A stretch of 64,000 bases of DNA, taken from positions 7,750,001 to 7,814,000 of the forward strand of contig OZ116709.1 of the NCBI GenBank assembly GCA_964199315.1, written 5' to 3'. Below are positions 23,001 to 35,500 of the stretch, one piece after another. Numbering within the stretch: the stretch's first letter is position 1; the number at the start of each line of letters is the position of its first letter. Under the pieces are notes generated by a model that was not told where the DNA came from, did no database searches, and worked only from the letters and a program-made list of their open reading frames with translations. Origin of the DNA: Orbicella franksi. Lineage: Eukaryota. A program made the translations under genes and the position numbers.

Positions 23001-24620
23001 AAAAAGATACTGACTTGAAACCATGCCACGCTTGTACTCTGGAATTTCCTCTTGAAAACACAGCGGATTCCCACCCCATTTATCACCGATGATGCTCGTG
23101 ATCTGCCAGATACGGTTGAAATTTCTCTCAAGTGTATTCAATACAAATTCCAGCAGCCAGGTTAGGAGAATAAAGGATCTGATGATCTAAAGGAAAACGT
23201 CTTGACTGATAACCAAACTGTTGCAGTAAACAGAGAAAACTGATGTTCCAAAATTACAAGGGAAGATGAAGGGTACGAGAATTAATCCCACATAAAGGCT
23301 TTGTTCCCAAGGTTACCCCTGTAGTAACCAATAGTAACCAGTTCTAATTTTACCACGCGCGTTGCGTGGATAATTTCGTGGACAATAACAATGCGCGATT
23401 TAACAAATTGACCGCTCTCACTCGTTGACGCATCGCATAAATTATAAATTTCTGTGTCTCTCCGCTTAGTGACAATAAAAATTAGTCAATAAACGTAAAA
23501 TATGATTAGACCTGTTTTTGCATCAGAATTTGCTTGTGTCTGTAACTGAAGCAATCCCTCATCTTATTGATGGGTATCTGTAAGCTCAGCAAATGTAGAC
23601 TAGTGTCCCCACTGTCAATTCTTGAGTGATAACAGAATAGACGTATGAAAAACTGACGTTAATTTGTCTTTTACAATAATAAATTGTCAAATCGTGCGCT
23701 CTCGCTCGTTGACGCATCGCATAAATTATAAATTCATGTGTCTGTCCGCTTGTTGACAATGAAAATTAGCCAATGAGCGCGCGAGAATTTCTGCAGTTAT
23801 CGTAATAAAGCCATTTGGCCTGTTCACGTGTGTAAAATCAGTGTCTCAGGATTGGCTATTTAAAAACCCTCTGAAAATCGGGATTGATCTAAAAATAACT
23901 TGAGATAGATTACGTTGGTAATAATAAATCTCTTACTCTTCATTCTCTCTTACAATAAAACTAGAGAGCTTTCTTTTCTCGTTAGCAGGCAGATAGACAA
24001 AATAGCCGGCATTTTACAACATTGCGGAATCGCAATTTTTACTTTCTGGCGTGCGGTACTCATTCAACAAATTTAAACTGTGTGCTTACCTTCGAATCCT
24101 GCTTAGAGACTCGAACTTTCATTATTTCCAGCGAATACTCAAAAGCCTGTTAATAGATTCAATGTAGACATAAGAAAACAACAGAACAATCCATCCACCA
24201 TAGCAATCAGATCCGTAAACAAAAACCCCAAGAGCACCAGCACTACGTACGTTGTCATGACAGCTTGTCGTCATGACGACACGTCACGTTACTTAGCAAC
24301 TACTCTACAAAAAAAATGCGGGCTCAATCAATTTTAGAATTTAAAATTGCTCCGTCAGGAGATAAGGTAGTAGTTTACCCTACCGGGCAAAGTTAAAACG
24401 TTGTCAATCGTGAAACAGTATTCAGTAGAAAAGCGAAAGCGACGGTTTGACGGAATCCAAGCGGAAATATTATGGCTGAATGTCAGTGGTCGAGCAAGCG
24501 ACACAAAAGGATGGCACTGAAAGAATTGACTTAAAAATGTGGATTTTTATTTATTTCAGTTTCTTCAAGTTTCTTACCTTTCTGGCTAAATAGTGTCTCT
24601 CGTTGTCTCTCAAGTATTTT
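20057..24620 (-). pseudogene. CABIN1: Duplicated 3' fragment of CABIN1 (last six exons): 24620-24578, 24146-24090, 22987-22904, 22399-22349, 21487-21383, 20623-20057
   Basis: KYLRDNERHYLARK / AFEYSLEIMKVRVSKQDSK / VEPSILSQLVVDMYECWKTGQKYEPYVK / VTESLLTQAFEMLVISK / LLDQTLKYCQQHVKPQ / low-complexity last exon. Splice sites and frames are intact, but no upstream exons before the hAT. Confidence 0.85.
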
Positions 24621-24760
24621 CTGTCAAAAAGAAAAAAAAATCAGCCAAAAAAAAAGATGACTCGACTGATGAGAAAATGTAAAACACGTTAGTAAAATCA
24701 CTGTCAGAGTGTCTTTCTTGGAAGATCTTGTCGCCTTGATCATAATAAGACTTCGGTTAG

Positions 24761-27700
24761 CAGGGTTCGTACACTTTTTCAGGCCAAAAATTCAAGGACT
24801 TTTCAGGACCCTACTTTGAAATTTCAAGGACTTTTTTTAGTAAGAAATTTACCACATACCAAGCAAAATGTTTGCGTTTAAACCTATGTTTTGGCATACA
24901 GATAGTGCAAACCTTGAACAACATCAACTATCAACCATAGATCACATTTAACACTTTGTGTAAGTCCTTAAGTACAAAGCCTGGACATGGCAAAACATTA
25001 CCGGTATATTACAGTGAGCTTTTAACGCCTTGTAGCTTCTCTTTAATTTCTCCTTCCAGTGACTTAATCTGTTCTTCTTTCTCCCTTGCAGTTCTTCTCA
25101 TACCATTAGACTTTGCAATGAATGTCAACTTTCCACTTGATTCTGCTTTTTCCGCATAATGGTCTGCAGAACGTTTCAGTGCCTCAAAGTCACTCTCCAA
25201 TCTTCTCTTCTTCTCCTTTAAAGTGGAAATTTCCTCAAGCAGCGACCTCTTCCCTTCCGATCTCCTTGTTGTTTCATTTTCTCTTTTTTTCTCATCAAGA
25301 ACAGCATGGTATCTCTGTCTTGCACCTGCTGCAGATAACAGCAACTCCTTGGAAAACGCAACATTAAGAACACCTCCCGCACTACGCACATGGTCACAGA
25401 TGACTCTTTGTGCCACTAGTGAATGTTGAGCAAGATTCTCGACCATGACTTCTTTGTTGGAAGAGAAACCGTGCTCCACAGTAGCTTGTCCGTGAGAAAG
25501 AGTCAGAAGCAGCTTGACAACTTTCCAAAGCTCCTTCAAGTCAGCCTTGGTAGCTAGCCGATCAAAATAAAAAGTGTCAACTCTATTAGACTCCATTGAA
25601 AAGCTTTTGAACGCCTCAGAGTCTGCAGTCAGAGAATTGTCATGGAACTGACGGAACTGCTTCATTACTTTATCACATTCATTGTCTGTGATATGTCCAG
25701 CTTCACTCATTATGCGAAGAATACGTGTAAGCTTCTCAGCAGATGTTTCTTTCTTTGCAATAAGAATTCTTGGATCCAGGATATTCATGTACCGTACAAG
25801 AGGGTAGGTCAAAGGGGATTTGTCTAGAATTTTCTTGACCATCTTTATGAGAAATGCCTTGCAACTCATTCGAAACTCGAAAATTTGTCTCTCACTCAAT
25901 TTCTTGCTACCTTTCAGTTCACATAAAATTCTCTCAGCTGCAAATCCAACCTTCACTTTGGATAAGTCCACATGATTTGGAAATTTTTCACACTCAATCT
26001 TCAGTAATTTGACCACTGTAGTGGCATCACTCAAGAAATCTGGTTTAATAAACTTTTGAATTAACTCCTTGACTAAATTCTTCATTTCAGTGGCAAAAAA
26101 AGGAAGGAGTAGCTTGTCAGCTTGGTACTTAGTCAGAAACGGTTGGATTTCTTTTGCAATCATCAAGAAGAAGTTCAGTTTTGCTGTGAGTAGTGGGTCT
26201 TTAACAGATTGCTGAACATTTTCAAATGATTTGTTCTTGGGTCCTGTGACTTTTCCTGATTTAGCAGCAGTTATATACTGCACCACAAAAGGGATAATTT
26301 CAAGAGCTCACTCAACAACAGGGACATTTTCTAACCAACAATGCCTGCAAAAATCCAGTGGAAAACTATTACACCCTGTTACGCTTGTGTAATCCTCACG
26401 GCGGGCAGGAGAATCTTTAAACAGCCATCTAACACTTGTAAGAAAAGTTTCAACATCCCATTCCGCTGCAGAACATCCATCCCTAAAGGAGTTGTGAATC
26501 ACAGGAAGGCCACAGCTTCCAACATTCAACAACTTCTTTCCAGTTTGCTTTTGCACATCCTCCTGCATCAACCTAAACACCTTCCAGTTCACGTTAGGAC
26601 CATCCATGGAAAGTTGAGCAAGCTTCTCATAACCAAGCTCACCACAAACTGATTCAAATTTGTCATGTACTGCTTCAGCATCTGCATGGCCCAAAAAGTA
26701 TGAAGTGAAATACCGCGACTCTACTTTATCAGTATTCCAATACCTGACCAGCACATCTAACTGTTTACTTTGCATTCAACCGTTTAGACTTTCGTCAAAT
26801 AGCAAAACATATTCAGACTGATCACGGACTTTTCCCTTCAACAATGAGAGACAATGAGGTGCAATTCCAAAAGTTGCCAGATACGCAGCTTTTCTTTCCC
26901 CACAAACAAAATGTTAAGCTATGTCACTGTCTGGAAACATAAAATTAAAGATACTGTTTATCCCTTCACATGATTTTAATGAGTAATGACTTGTTATCAC
27001 CTTAAGTGTCCAGCAGATCTCTGCCCTCAATGTTGCATTTCCGCCAAGAAGAGACTGGATACTATGCGATCCTTACTTTGCGGGGCCAGTTCCAGTGGCC
27101 ACCTGCGATGTTTCTGTTGTTTGCTCTCGACGATTTCCAGTTGATTTCGCCAAAGTTGAGCTTGCTGAGGAGCTAAAAAAATCGCTTATTTTGGTGGTTT
27201 TTTCATTGCTTTGAAGACTTTTTACGTATTCTCCATGTTTCTTGCCTTTCATATGGCTCACTCACCAAGGCTGACTCTCCCATTACATTCAAGTCGATGC
27301 TTTTCTTGCAGGCAAAACAGAACGCTTTGTTTGGATTCTTGTCGTCTTTCCGCAGCCATGACTTATACCCATCTTTTTCCAGCCATTTTTCATTAAAATG
27401 GCACCTGCCAGGCATTGTGACGTCCAGCTTGACCCTCAAAACAAGTACAAAAACGCCGGGAAACGAGAGCTTGAACACACGTGCAAACCAGACATGCGCA
27501 GTGCACTTGTGGCTCAAGGTACATGCGCGAGAGTAACAAGAGAGCATTGGGAACGAAAACAAGCGGTTTTAGACATTTTGTCAGCATTTCAAGGATGTTA
27601 TACTTTGTTTACCTGAACATTTGTTTTCACTGGCTTTAATTTACTTTAAAACCTTAAGGTATTAACATTTCTCGATCTTCTTCAATAAAAAACCAAGGAC

Positions 27701-27801
27701 TTTCAAGGACCAAAATCAATTTCAAGTACTTTGAAGGCCTTGAAATCGGACGTCTGAAATTCAAGGGTTTTCAAGGGTTTTCAAGACGCGTACGAACCCT
27801 G
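24761..27801 (-). mobile_element. hAT-superfamily DNA transposon, degenerate
   Basis: 12-bp TIRs CAGGGTTCGTAC / GTACGAACCCTG, subterminal ttcaaggac repeats, transposase fragments. Flanks tcggttag vs tacaaaat do not form a TSD. Confidence 0.85.
25009..27415 (-). pseudogene. hAT-like transposase split by frameshifts and stops
   Basis: BED-type finger AFCFACKKSIDL...HMKGKKH (frameshift near 27260), SMDGPNVN, GSCGLPVIH, C-terminal LLTLSHGQATVEHGFS. Confidence 0.8.
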
Positions 27802-29189
27802 TACAAAATTTGTTTAAAGTAATCAAGATATAAAGCAGGTGGGAGCAGGGGGAAGCATACTAGGAGAAACAGGAAATGTTAGCCAAGAAAGATCTCTCAA
27901 AGTTTACAGTTTTCTTCATAATTTTTCAAATGCATGTTAACCACTTTCTATGCCTCAAAAAATAAAAGCCAGGCAGCATAACAAATACTGACAAGACCAG
28001 GATTGAGATCATTGCCTATACCTGCTCTACCAGCTCTAGAACATTACTCCTATTTACTCCACTGTGGTACAAGTACAAAAGCATTCAACACAATGTAAGG
28101 TTTGCTGTGCGGACGCATTACGGGCCTAGATGCGTCCGCATTTAAAAAGAGCTTAATATTTCTGTTAATTAAATCTATTAGTATTAAACGCCAGTAACAT
28201 GTACAGCTGGCAGGTTTAATTGCATTGGACAGTTAACTGAAATAAATGCTCGGTTCTGACACGATAGTTCTTACCTTAACTCCATAATTAAATCGCTGAT
28301 CATGACTCCAAAGTGGTCCCAAAATATAGCTCGCTCTTTTGTCAACATGTTTTGGGACCATTTTTTCGTGACCACATCAGTATCTTCAAGTTTCTATAAC
28401 AACTGTAACATCTGTTGCTTCGGCACACATGTTTGCTTGCCATTGTGAAACTTATTCGTTCGCTTTCCCCCTACAAAATGTCACAAAATGTCGATCTGGA
28501 TAAACATATTTCACCGCACCATTCAGAGTTGAATCCGCCGCCATTTTTAGTGAAGTGGAAGCCAGGTCTCGACCGTCACATTTGTGGACGGTTACAAAGC
28601 TCGGTCGAAAAGTGGTCCCCAAATATTTTTCTGGGCGGTCATAGGCCGAGCGCGGGTTTATGTTTTTGACCAGACCCAAACTTCCACTCGGCCAAATCAC
28701 GAGCGGGACTTCGAATCACGCAACTAATGATTTTATTCGCCAAAAGCTGTTACTAGAGTAAAACGTTAAATGTACTGAAAATTTTATGAATATTCTACTC
28801 TTTATTTAGTACAAAATATATCGCCTTTTTGAGTTATTGAAGCGCTTGATTCGAAGCGAGTATTGAATACATAAAAACCAATTACGTCATTAATGGAATG
28901 TGTCGACGTTGCAACTTTCTCTTGGGCAGCGTGTTGAATAAGATCGTGCTTGTTTTGAACTTTTATTTCTCCAGGAGCGACAGTCTTTTTAATTTTCCGA
29001 GTATTTTCCGTATTTTTAGACAAGAGAAGTGAATTGTCGTGCTGTTTTATTGAAGCGAGTTCGGAGATCGGAAGGAAAATTAAATATTTGCAAGCCAAGC
29101 AAAGAACGTGTCAGAACGTGCAAGGATACGTCATTAGTAGGGAAATACCCACCGTACTGAAAATAGCAGAAAATGATATGCAGGAAAGT

Positions 29190-29269
29190 CGGCAATGATT
29201 GGCTGGTCAAAAAGAAAGTTTACGTAAAGCAAAAGTTGGTTGGCTCAAAATGATTTAGGGAAAATTCCC
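29190..29269 (+). promoter_or_regulatory. OAS-B proximal promoter: reverse CCAAT box and kappaB-like site
   Basis: atgattggctgg. Near-palindromic GGGAAAATTCCC at 29258-29269, about 70 bp upstream of the ATG. Confidence 0.5.
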
Positions 29270-29340
29270 ATAGGCGTCCTCTCAAAATTAAGAAAGCACC
29301 GAAGCCGTTGGTTAGTCTTTCGTAACACAAGGTTTTAGCT

Positions 29341-29599
29341 ATGTCGGAGAGTACCATCGAAGATGACGTACAGCGCGTTATGTCGGCGAGAGGCACAGGA
29401 CCGGGAACTCGGGGAATACGTGTGGAATGTTGTGTTGAAGACTGTTCTAAGACAGTGCGCAAGTTACGTCTACATATCAGAAAGTTCCATAAGAAGCTCT
29501 GTCTTCTGTATTGTTCTCCTTGCCAGGCAAGGTTCGTAGGACAAAATGATTTGAATAACCATCATAGAAACGGATGTCATAAAAGCTTAAGCTTAATAG
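29341..29599 (+). CDS. OAS-B exon 1: tandem zinc fingers
   Basis: CCVEDCSKTVRKLRLHIRKFH and CSPCQARFVGQNDLNNHHRNGC. Ends ATA G|gtaagc (phase 1), matching the ttttttcag|AA acceptor at 31161. Confidence 0.8.
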
Positions 29600-32500
29600 G
29601 TAAGCATAAAGCAATGTGATAAATTATTGTAACCCGTGAAAATTTTCCAAAAAAGCTGGTGGCCCATTGAAAAGGTGTCACAAGAACTTTGCAACCCATC
29701 CAACTTGGGGAACAACGTTCTGGTGTTCCGAGAGAGCAAGATTTCCGCACAGTCCCATATAAATTTATTATGCACGCAAGTTTGCGACTTCCGTGATGCT
29801 TGGTTTCACGTTAGGTCATCAACGCCGAGATGGTGGTCAGGAACAAAAGAATTTCTGATTAGCTCTCACTGTTTTGACCACCATCTGCATGCCATTAACG
29901 TACCATTGTTATCTGAGTCTCTAGAGACTGCTTGCAACCTAGCAATTCATGATTGTTGTACGTTTGTGGGTAATTATGCAGGGAGAGGATTGTATGCATA
30001 ATTGAGTATGGAGTTGTATGGAAATCTGTCCGCCACTCTGATTCAAGGCTTTTATCTATGCGATTGAACAATAATTTTCGGCCCGTTCAACCCACAAACA
30101 ACTTTATCCTCCATAACGTCCTAGTATGGGTTAAAAAGCCAACTTTTATGGACAAACCCCAACGAATTAGCAAGATCTCCATTTTATTTGCAAGGTGTTT
30201 TGCAAAACACATGATGTTCCTTTGTTTACAGGCTGCACAGTCATTTGTAAAAGCCAACTTACTAGGACATGCATGGACACAGCTACTTTGCAGAAAGCCA
30301 AATTCCAGCTAACACATGGGAGATCAAACGTAGCCTAGCTTGTCTAGCTTGTTGCATACTTTGGCAGTGGTTTTTGAACTTGCGTATTTTAGAGCAATTG
30401 ATATAGACCGAGTGATAATTCTGTAGGCTGAAGATGCAACTTCACAACTTTCATTGTAAATATCAACTAAAATTACTTGTTTTTTTCGGAATCAGCGGTT
30501 CGCTCTCGTGGAGAAGCTGACAAAGAGTAGTGAAAGAAGAACGCCACCCATGCCACCAGACCTCTTATTTAATCTTTTGTGGTAGGGATGTATTGTTCCA
30601 GTGAACAGGTTTTTGTTGTTCAGGTCGATCCAACTTTTTTAGAGAAAACGAGCTGGAACGAGAGAAAAACTGCACTGTCAGTTTCTCCATTTCATACCAA
30701 AACCCATGCAACACTGTATACAAACGGTGCAAAATATAAACACCATGCAACAAAATGGTAAAAGTGAGAATGATAAATTAATATTGAGGATGGAAGACAT
30801 CAAAATTATTGATTTCGTCTGTTTTGTTTTAATTCCTTAAGCCTTGCATTTAAGCTGTCATGAATATATCATAAATATGTATATCTGTGTGTACTTGAAA
30901 TAGTCAAAGTCATATGTTAATTATAGTTTGATGGTTATGTGAATAGAAAGCTTTTTGTATATGTTGCTTATGCCCTTTACTTTTTCTTTTCTTTTCCACA
31001 AGCCTGTGGAAATGAGGCAGGAAGGTGGGGGAGGGGGGAATTTTAGTACCCTGCAAGACAGTACATCACGCAACATATCACACACAACACACACACGACA
31101 CAGCCAACAGTGCGAAATTAAAGCGAGCTGGCTAACTGTGTGCTCCTTCCATTTTTTCAGAAAAGTTTTTTGGAAAGGTTGACTTCAGGTACAGCTCTGC
31201 TGTTAATAATTTCATTGCCGACAAACTCCAACTTGACGAGGCCAGCAGGGATGCAATTTCCGAGGTTGTAGACCTACTGTACGAACACCTCCAACATAAT
31301 CTGCCATCTAGATTCAGCATAAACAAACTCGTTAAGGTAAGAGTCACTGCCTAATGTGTATTGAATGTTAATTTAAGGAAACGTTCATAAATTAGTCCCC
31401 TGCGAGGAAAGGGTATTAAAAGTGGAATTTTAAAGTTTAGTTTCAAAAAAGTGAAAGTACAAAGACTATGTGACTCCATCCCCTGGCCCTCCCACCCTAT
31501 TTCCCTCGCAAGGCAGCAGAATAAGTTTTTACCCAGACAAAACTATGGTGTTTTGACGATATCTAGATTGCCATATAAGATTTTTCAAAGCCTAATATAG
31601 TTGTCGTTTCCAAGTGGACAAAAGGCAAGCTGAAGCAACACTATTCCGTATCAGCAGCAGACCAGTTTGTTGGCATATGCATAGAGGGAAGATGTTGGCC
31701 TACTTTCAATTGTTCATGATCTCTTGCTGATCTGCATGGTCGGCGCAGACTGAACAACTCGATGAAGTACTTGCATGTAGGGTTAGGGTTCATGAGGAAA
31801 GCGCAATGCACCAACATGCACTGCTCCTAAATGTTTGTATGCTTTTTTCAAGCATCATTAATTGGCTTATTAATTTATTTGTGTATTTCGCAGCCATAAT
31901 GACACAACCGCTTGCGGTGAATTCTGGAAACTTGCTTTGCCAATTAAGCCGAATTATCCTCCTGAATAGGCTGATTGCACTGCAAAGAAAAATCTGTTCT
32001 ATGCTGTACAAGGCAAATTTTATCAAATGAATCCAAGTCTGCAGTTCTCTAAAATAGACGATTTTACAGTTGTCTGCTCAGTGACCTGGCCTCTGAATGG
32101 CAGTGAGGCTGGAGGTGGCCTTGTTTTGATAAAGACCTCACTGGTTTATTGTGTAAATCAATTTTTTCTTGTGCTAACTAGTTGGCATTTATTAAATAAT
32201 AAAAGTAGAGAGGTCTGTATCAAAGTCAGGTCACCTTCAGCCTCACCTGCATCCATGGGCCAGGTAACTAAGCACAGAACTGTAAAATGGCCTATTTGTC
32301 CTAAGTACTTTAAAATTACCAAAGGGAGCAATGCAGTAAATATCTCAGCTTAAGGCAAAAAGTTTCATTTGATTCAAAAGTGCTGCGTTTAGCTTACTCG
32401 CCGGCACAAATCACCAGTTTTCCATGAGTTTTTCTATAATCCCATCTCTGCTACTATAGTGCCATAGTAAACAGGGGAACGTCAGGCAGAATTTCACTTA

Positions 32501-35500
32501 CCACAGGAAGTGCTAGTCTTACGAAAAACGAAATATTTCGTGCTTATGAAGTACATGAATAAAGTTAGTTTCAAAACAGACAAAATCATGTTTACTCTAA
32601 CTTCTAATACTTCATTTCGATGGAACTGTTCCAAACATGATAAGGACAGCAATCTCAAAAATATGTTTGTCAGAAAGCAAATGAAAATCAAATTGCATGG
32701 CATAAAATTGGTTGTAGGGGACAATTTAATGTTGCAAATTAAAGATTGTTCAAGGACAAACTAAGTCGACAGACACGTAAGGGTTAGTCTCTATATCCTG
32801 AGTTTCTACTGCAAGATTTTGAGAAACTATGCTCTCTGAAATTCATTTTTCTGCATTGTGGGAGCATAATTTTGCAGTTATTTTGGTTATTTGGACTTTC
32901 AGTGGTCATAATGTAGTGTCGAGCCAAATCCCAAACAGGATATAGAAAACTTATTAATTCTTACATTTCTTCAGGGAGGCAGCGTGGCCGAGTGGTTAGG
33001 CCGCTGGATTTGCGTGGTGGCCCTGGTGTTGATTCAACCCTTTGTGTTTTTTTCAAGATATACTGTACTAATTGTTGATAAATATCCCTTGTCCTTTCAA
33101 CACATTATTCAGGGAGGCTCTGTCGGAAAGGGAACAGCTGTCAAGGACAAAGCAGACATCGACTGTGTGGTTTTCTTCAACAGTTTGAAAACCATGGAAG
33201 ATCACAAAGTTAAGTTGCAGGAAACAAAGAACTGCCTGGAGTCATGCCTCAAACAGAGTCCCACCTATAAGAAAGACCAAATCACCTTTGATCGAAAGAC
33301 GCGCTTCGCTGTGAAATTCAAACTTTGCCTGGATTTGTCTCCAGAATTTGACATTGACTTGTTGCCGACATTTACTGCAACTGATCTTGAAAGTCCAGGT
33401 AAAATAGGATTTTAATGTTCCTTTAACCCAACCTCAATAAGAGTCCATTGTTTGTCAGTCATGTAGAGAGGGTCATGAAGGGGGGCACTAAATCCCAGTT
33501 CCCAGCCCAAATTTTTGCCAAATCCCAGTTCCCAGCTTAAATTTGGTCCAAATCCCAGTTACCAAATCTAAAATCCCATTCCCAGTGATTGCTTGCAGAC
33601 TAATGTGTATAATTAATTAAAAGTGCGGACTGACGTCGTTTGGATACACACCGCATACCTTAACCTGGACTGAAGAAAATCTTTCGCTCATCTGATGAGC
33701 AGTCTTTGTCTTCCAGCCCTCGTTGGCATAACCATATTGAAACCACTTGTATCATCTACACAATCCTCTTCAGACTCACTGTCTCCACTTTCGCTGCTGC
33801 TGTACTCGTCACGTTGATCAGTGCAGGTGAGAACCTCCACAGACTGTTCATTAGACTCACCCTCTGGACGTTCTGCACTTTCTCCCGGCACTGAGCTTTG
33901 CGCACGAGGAAGTAAAAACTGCAATTCTAATGGATTAAGCAATGTTGTCTTTCATACAAATTCAGAGGCAGTGTCCCAGCTCTGTCCATGGTGTGCCTTA
34001 CACTCTTGCCGTATCGTTTTGCCCACACTCTCATCTCTGCTTCGTCATTTCCAGACAATCTTTCTCTGGCCGGTTTGGGAGTTTCAAAAAGGACCAACTG
34101 GCCAGTAGCAGAAGGTTCAACAGGGTAGTATGAGTTGGGATGCATGTAACAATGTGCAGACCATGGTGTCACTCTCTTTACTCCTTCTTCTACTGATGAA
34201 CCAAAAATCTGTACGTATTCGTAGAGAGTAAATGTTTCCTTCTTAAAATGAGTGACTGCATGTTGGTTCTCAACATTTAACGTCAGGAGTGATTCTAAAT
34301 TCAAGTTCACCTCGAAATCTGGATATGAAGACAGATCTTTGATGTTGTTCTCTACCTTGCAAAGCGATTGTGCCATCAGTTCCAATGACTTGTTAGATAG
34401 AGTACCCTCTGGCACATCAGTAGTTTCTTTTGCCAAGGACTGTAGCTCTCTTGCCTTCCGTGAGCAATACTTCACGTACTCCAGCACCTCATCCACCATA
34501 GCAATTGCTTCGGTCTGTTGATTAGTTTGCCCGCAACAGAACCAGAGTCTGTAACGTAAATGTTACGATCAGATTCAATGCAGATTCCAATTGGTTGACA
34601 CAGTTTCGAGTATGATTGTGAACCATAACTATCGCCTTTACTGTGTCCTGCAATCACAACAACAGCCCCAGATTTAAAGAGCTCAATGGAGTGCTCTTCG
34701 CAGAACAAAATATCTTTACCAAACCAAGCAACATTCACTGCTCGTGATGATATGGGTAGGCAATCACTCCCTCTAATGATTCTTGTTACACCCTGCGATG
34801 GAAAAAAAGACATGAAGAACACCATCCGCACAAACAGCAAGTTCATCCCCTGAGAGTGCCAAAGGAATAACAAGTTCAATGTTGTCCACATAAAACATTT
34901 CCAGTGCATGGTCCGCAAACCCCCTCTTTGCAGCAGAATCCTCAACTCCACACTTTTCCATAATCATCTTTTGTAATTCTCTTGGGCTGTAGCTTAAGTT
35001 TAACGAAAGTTTAAAATTTTCTGTGTGTATTACAGCATTTTTTTGCGTTAATATACTTGATTTCGATGATCATAGTCTGGTAATTGGACGCCATTTTTGT
35101 CTTTCCCGCCACGTGCAAACATGCGCATATCATTCCATCAACAACAAACCGCTGACCAGGAAAACTGACAGGACTTAACGATAAAACCGTGTGGAGCCTG
35201 GTAGTTAGAACGCGGAAATGAAAAATGGAATGATTTTATGTGTCTACGGAAGTCTAATGATGCAGAATTTTAATTCGTTATTCAAAAGAATAGGCTCAAT
35301 TAAGCGGTGGTGTCAAAAATAGGGTCAGAGAGCGCTAAAAATAAAAATCCCTTTCCCATTTTTGAAATTGTTCATCCCAGTCCCAGTGCAGTAAATCCCA
35401 TTTTCCCAGCCCAAAACAGGGCAAATCCCAGTTCCCATTTTACCCCTTCACGCCCCTCTGTAGAGACAGTCTCCTTTTGGCCAGCCTCCCTGCAGCTTGT

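Noticed and set aside
23010-23195. Extra CABIN1 exon candidates (FKRKF frame; IIRSFILL frame; also VYEMRTG near 20700-20775)
   Set aside because: No acceptor/donor pair gives a compatible phase, and the flanking exons join in phase without them.
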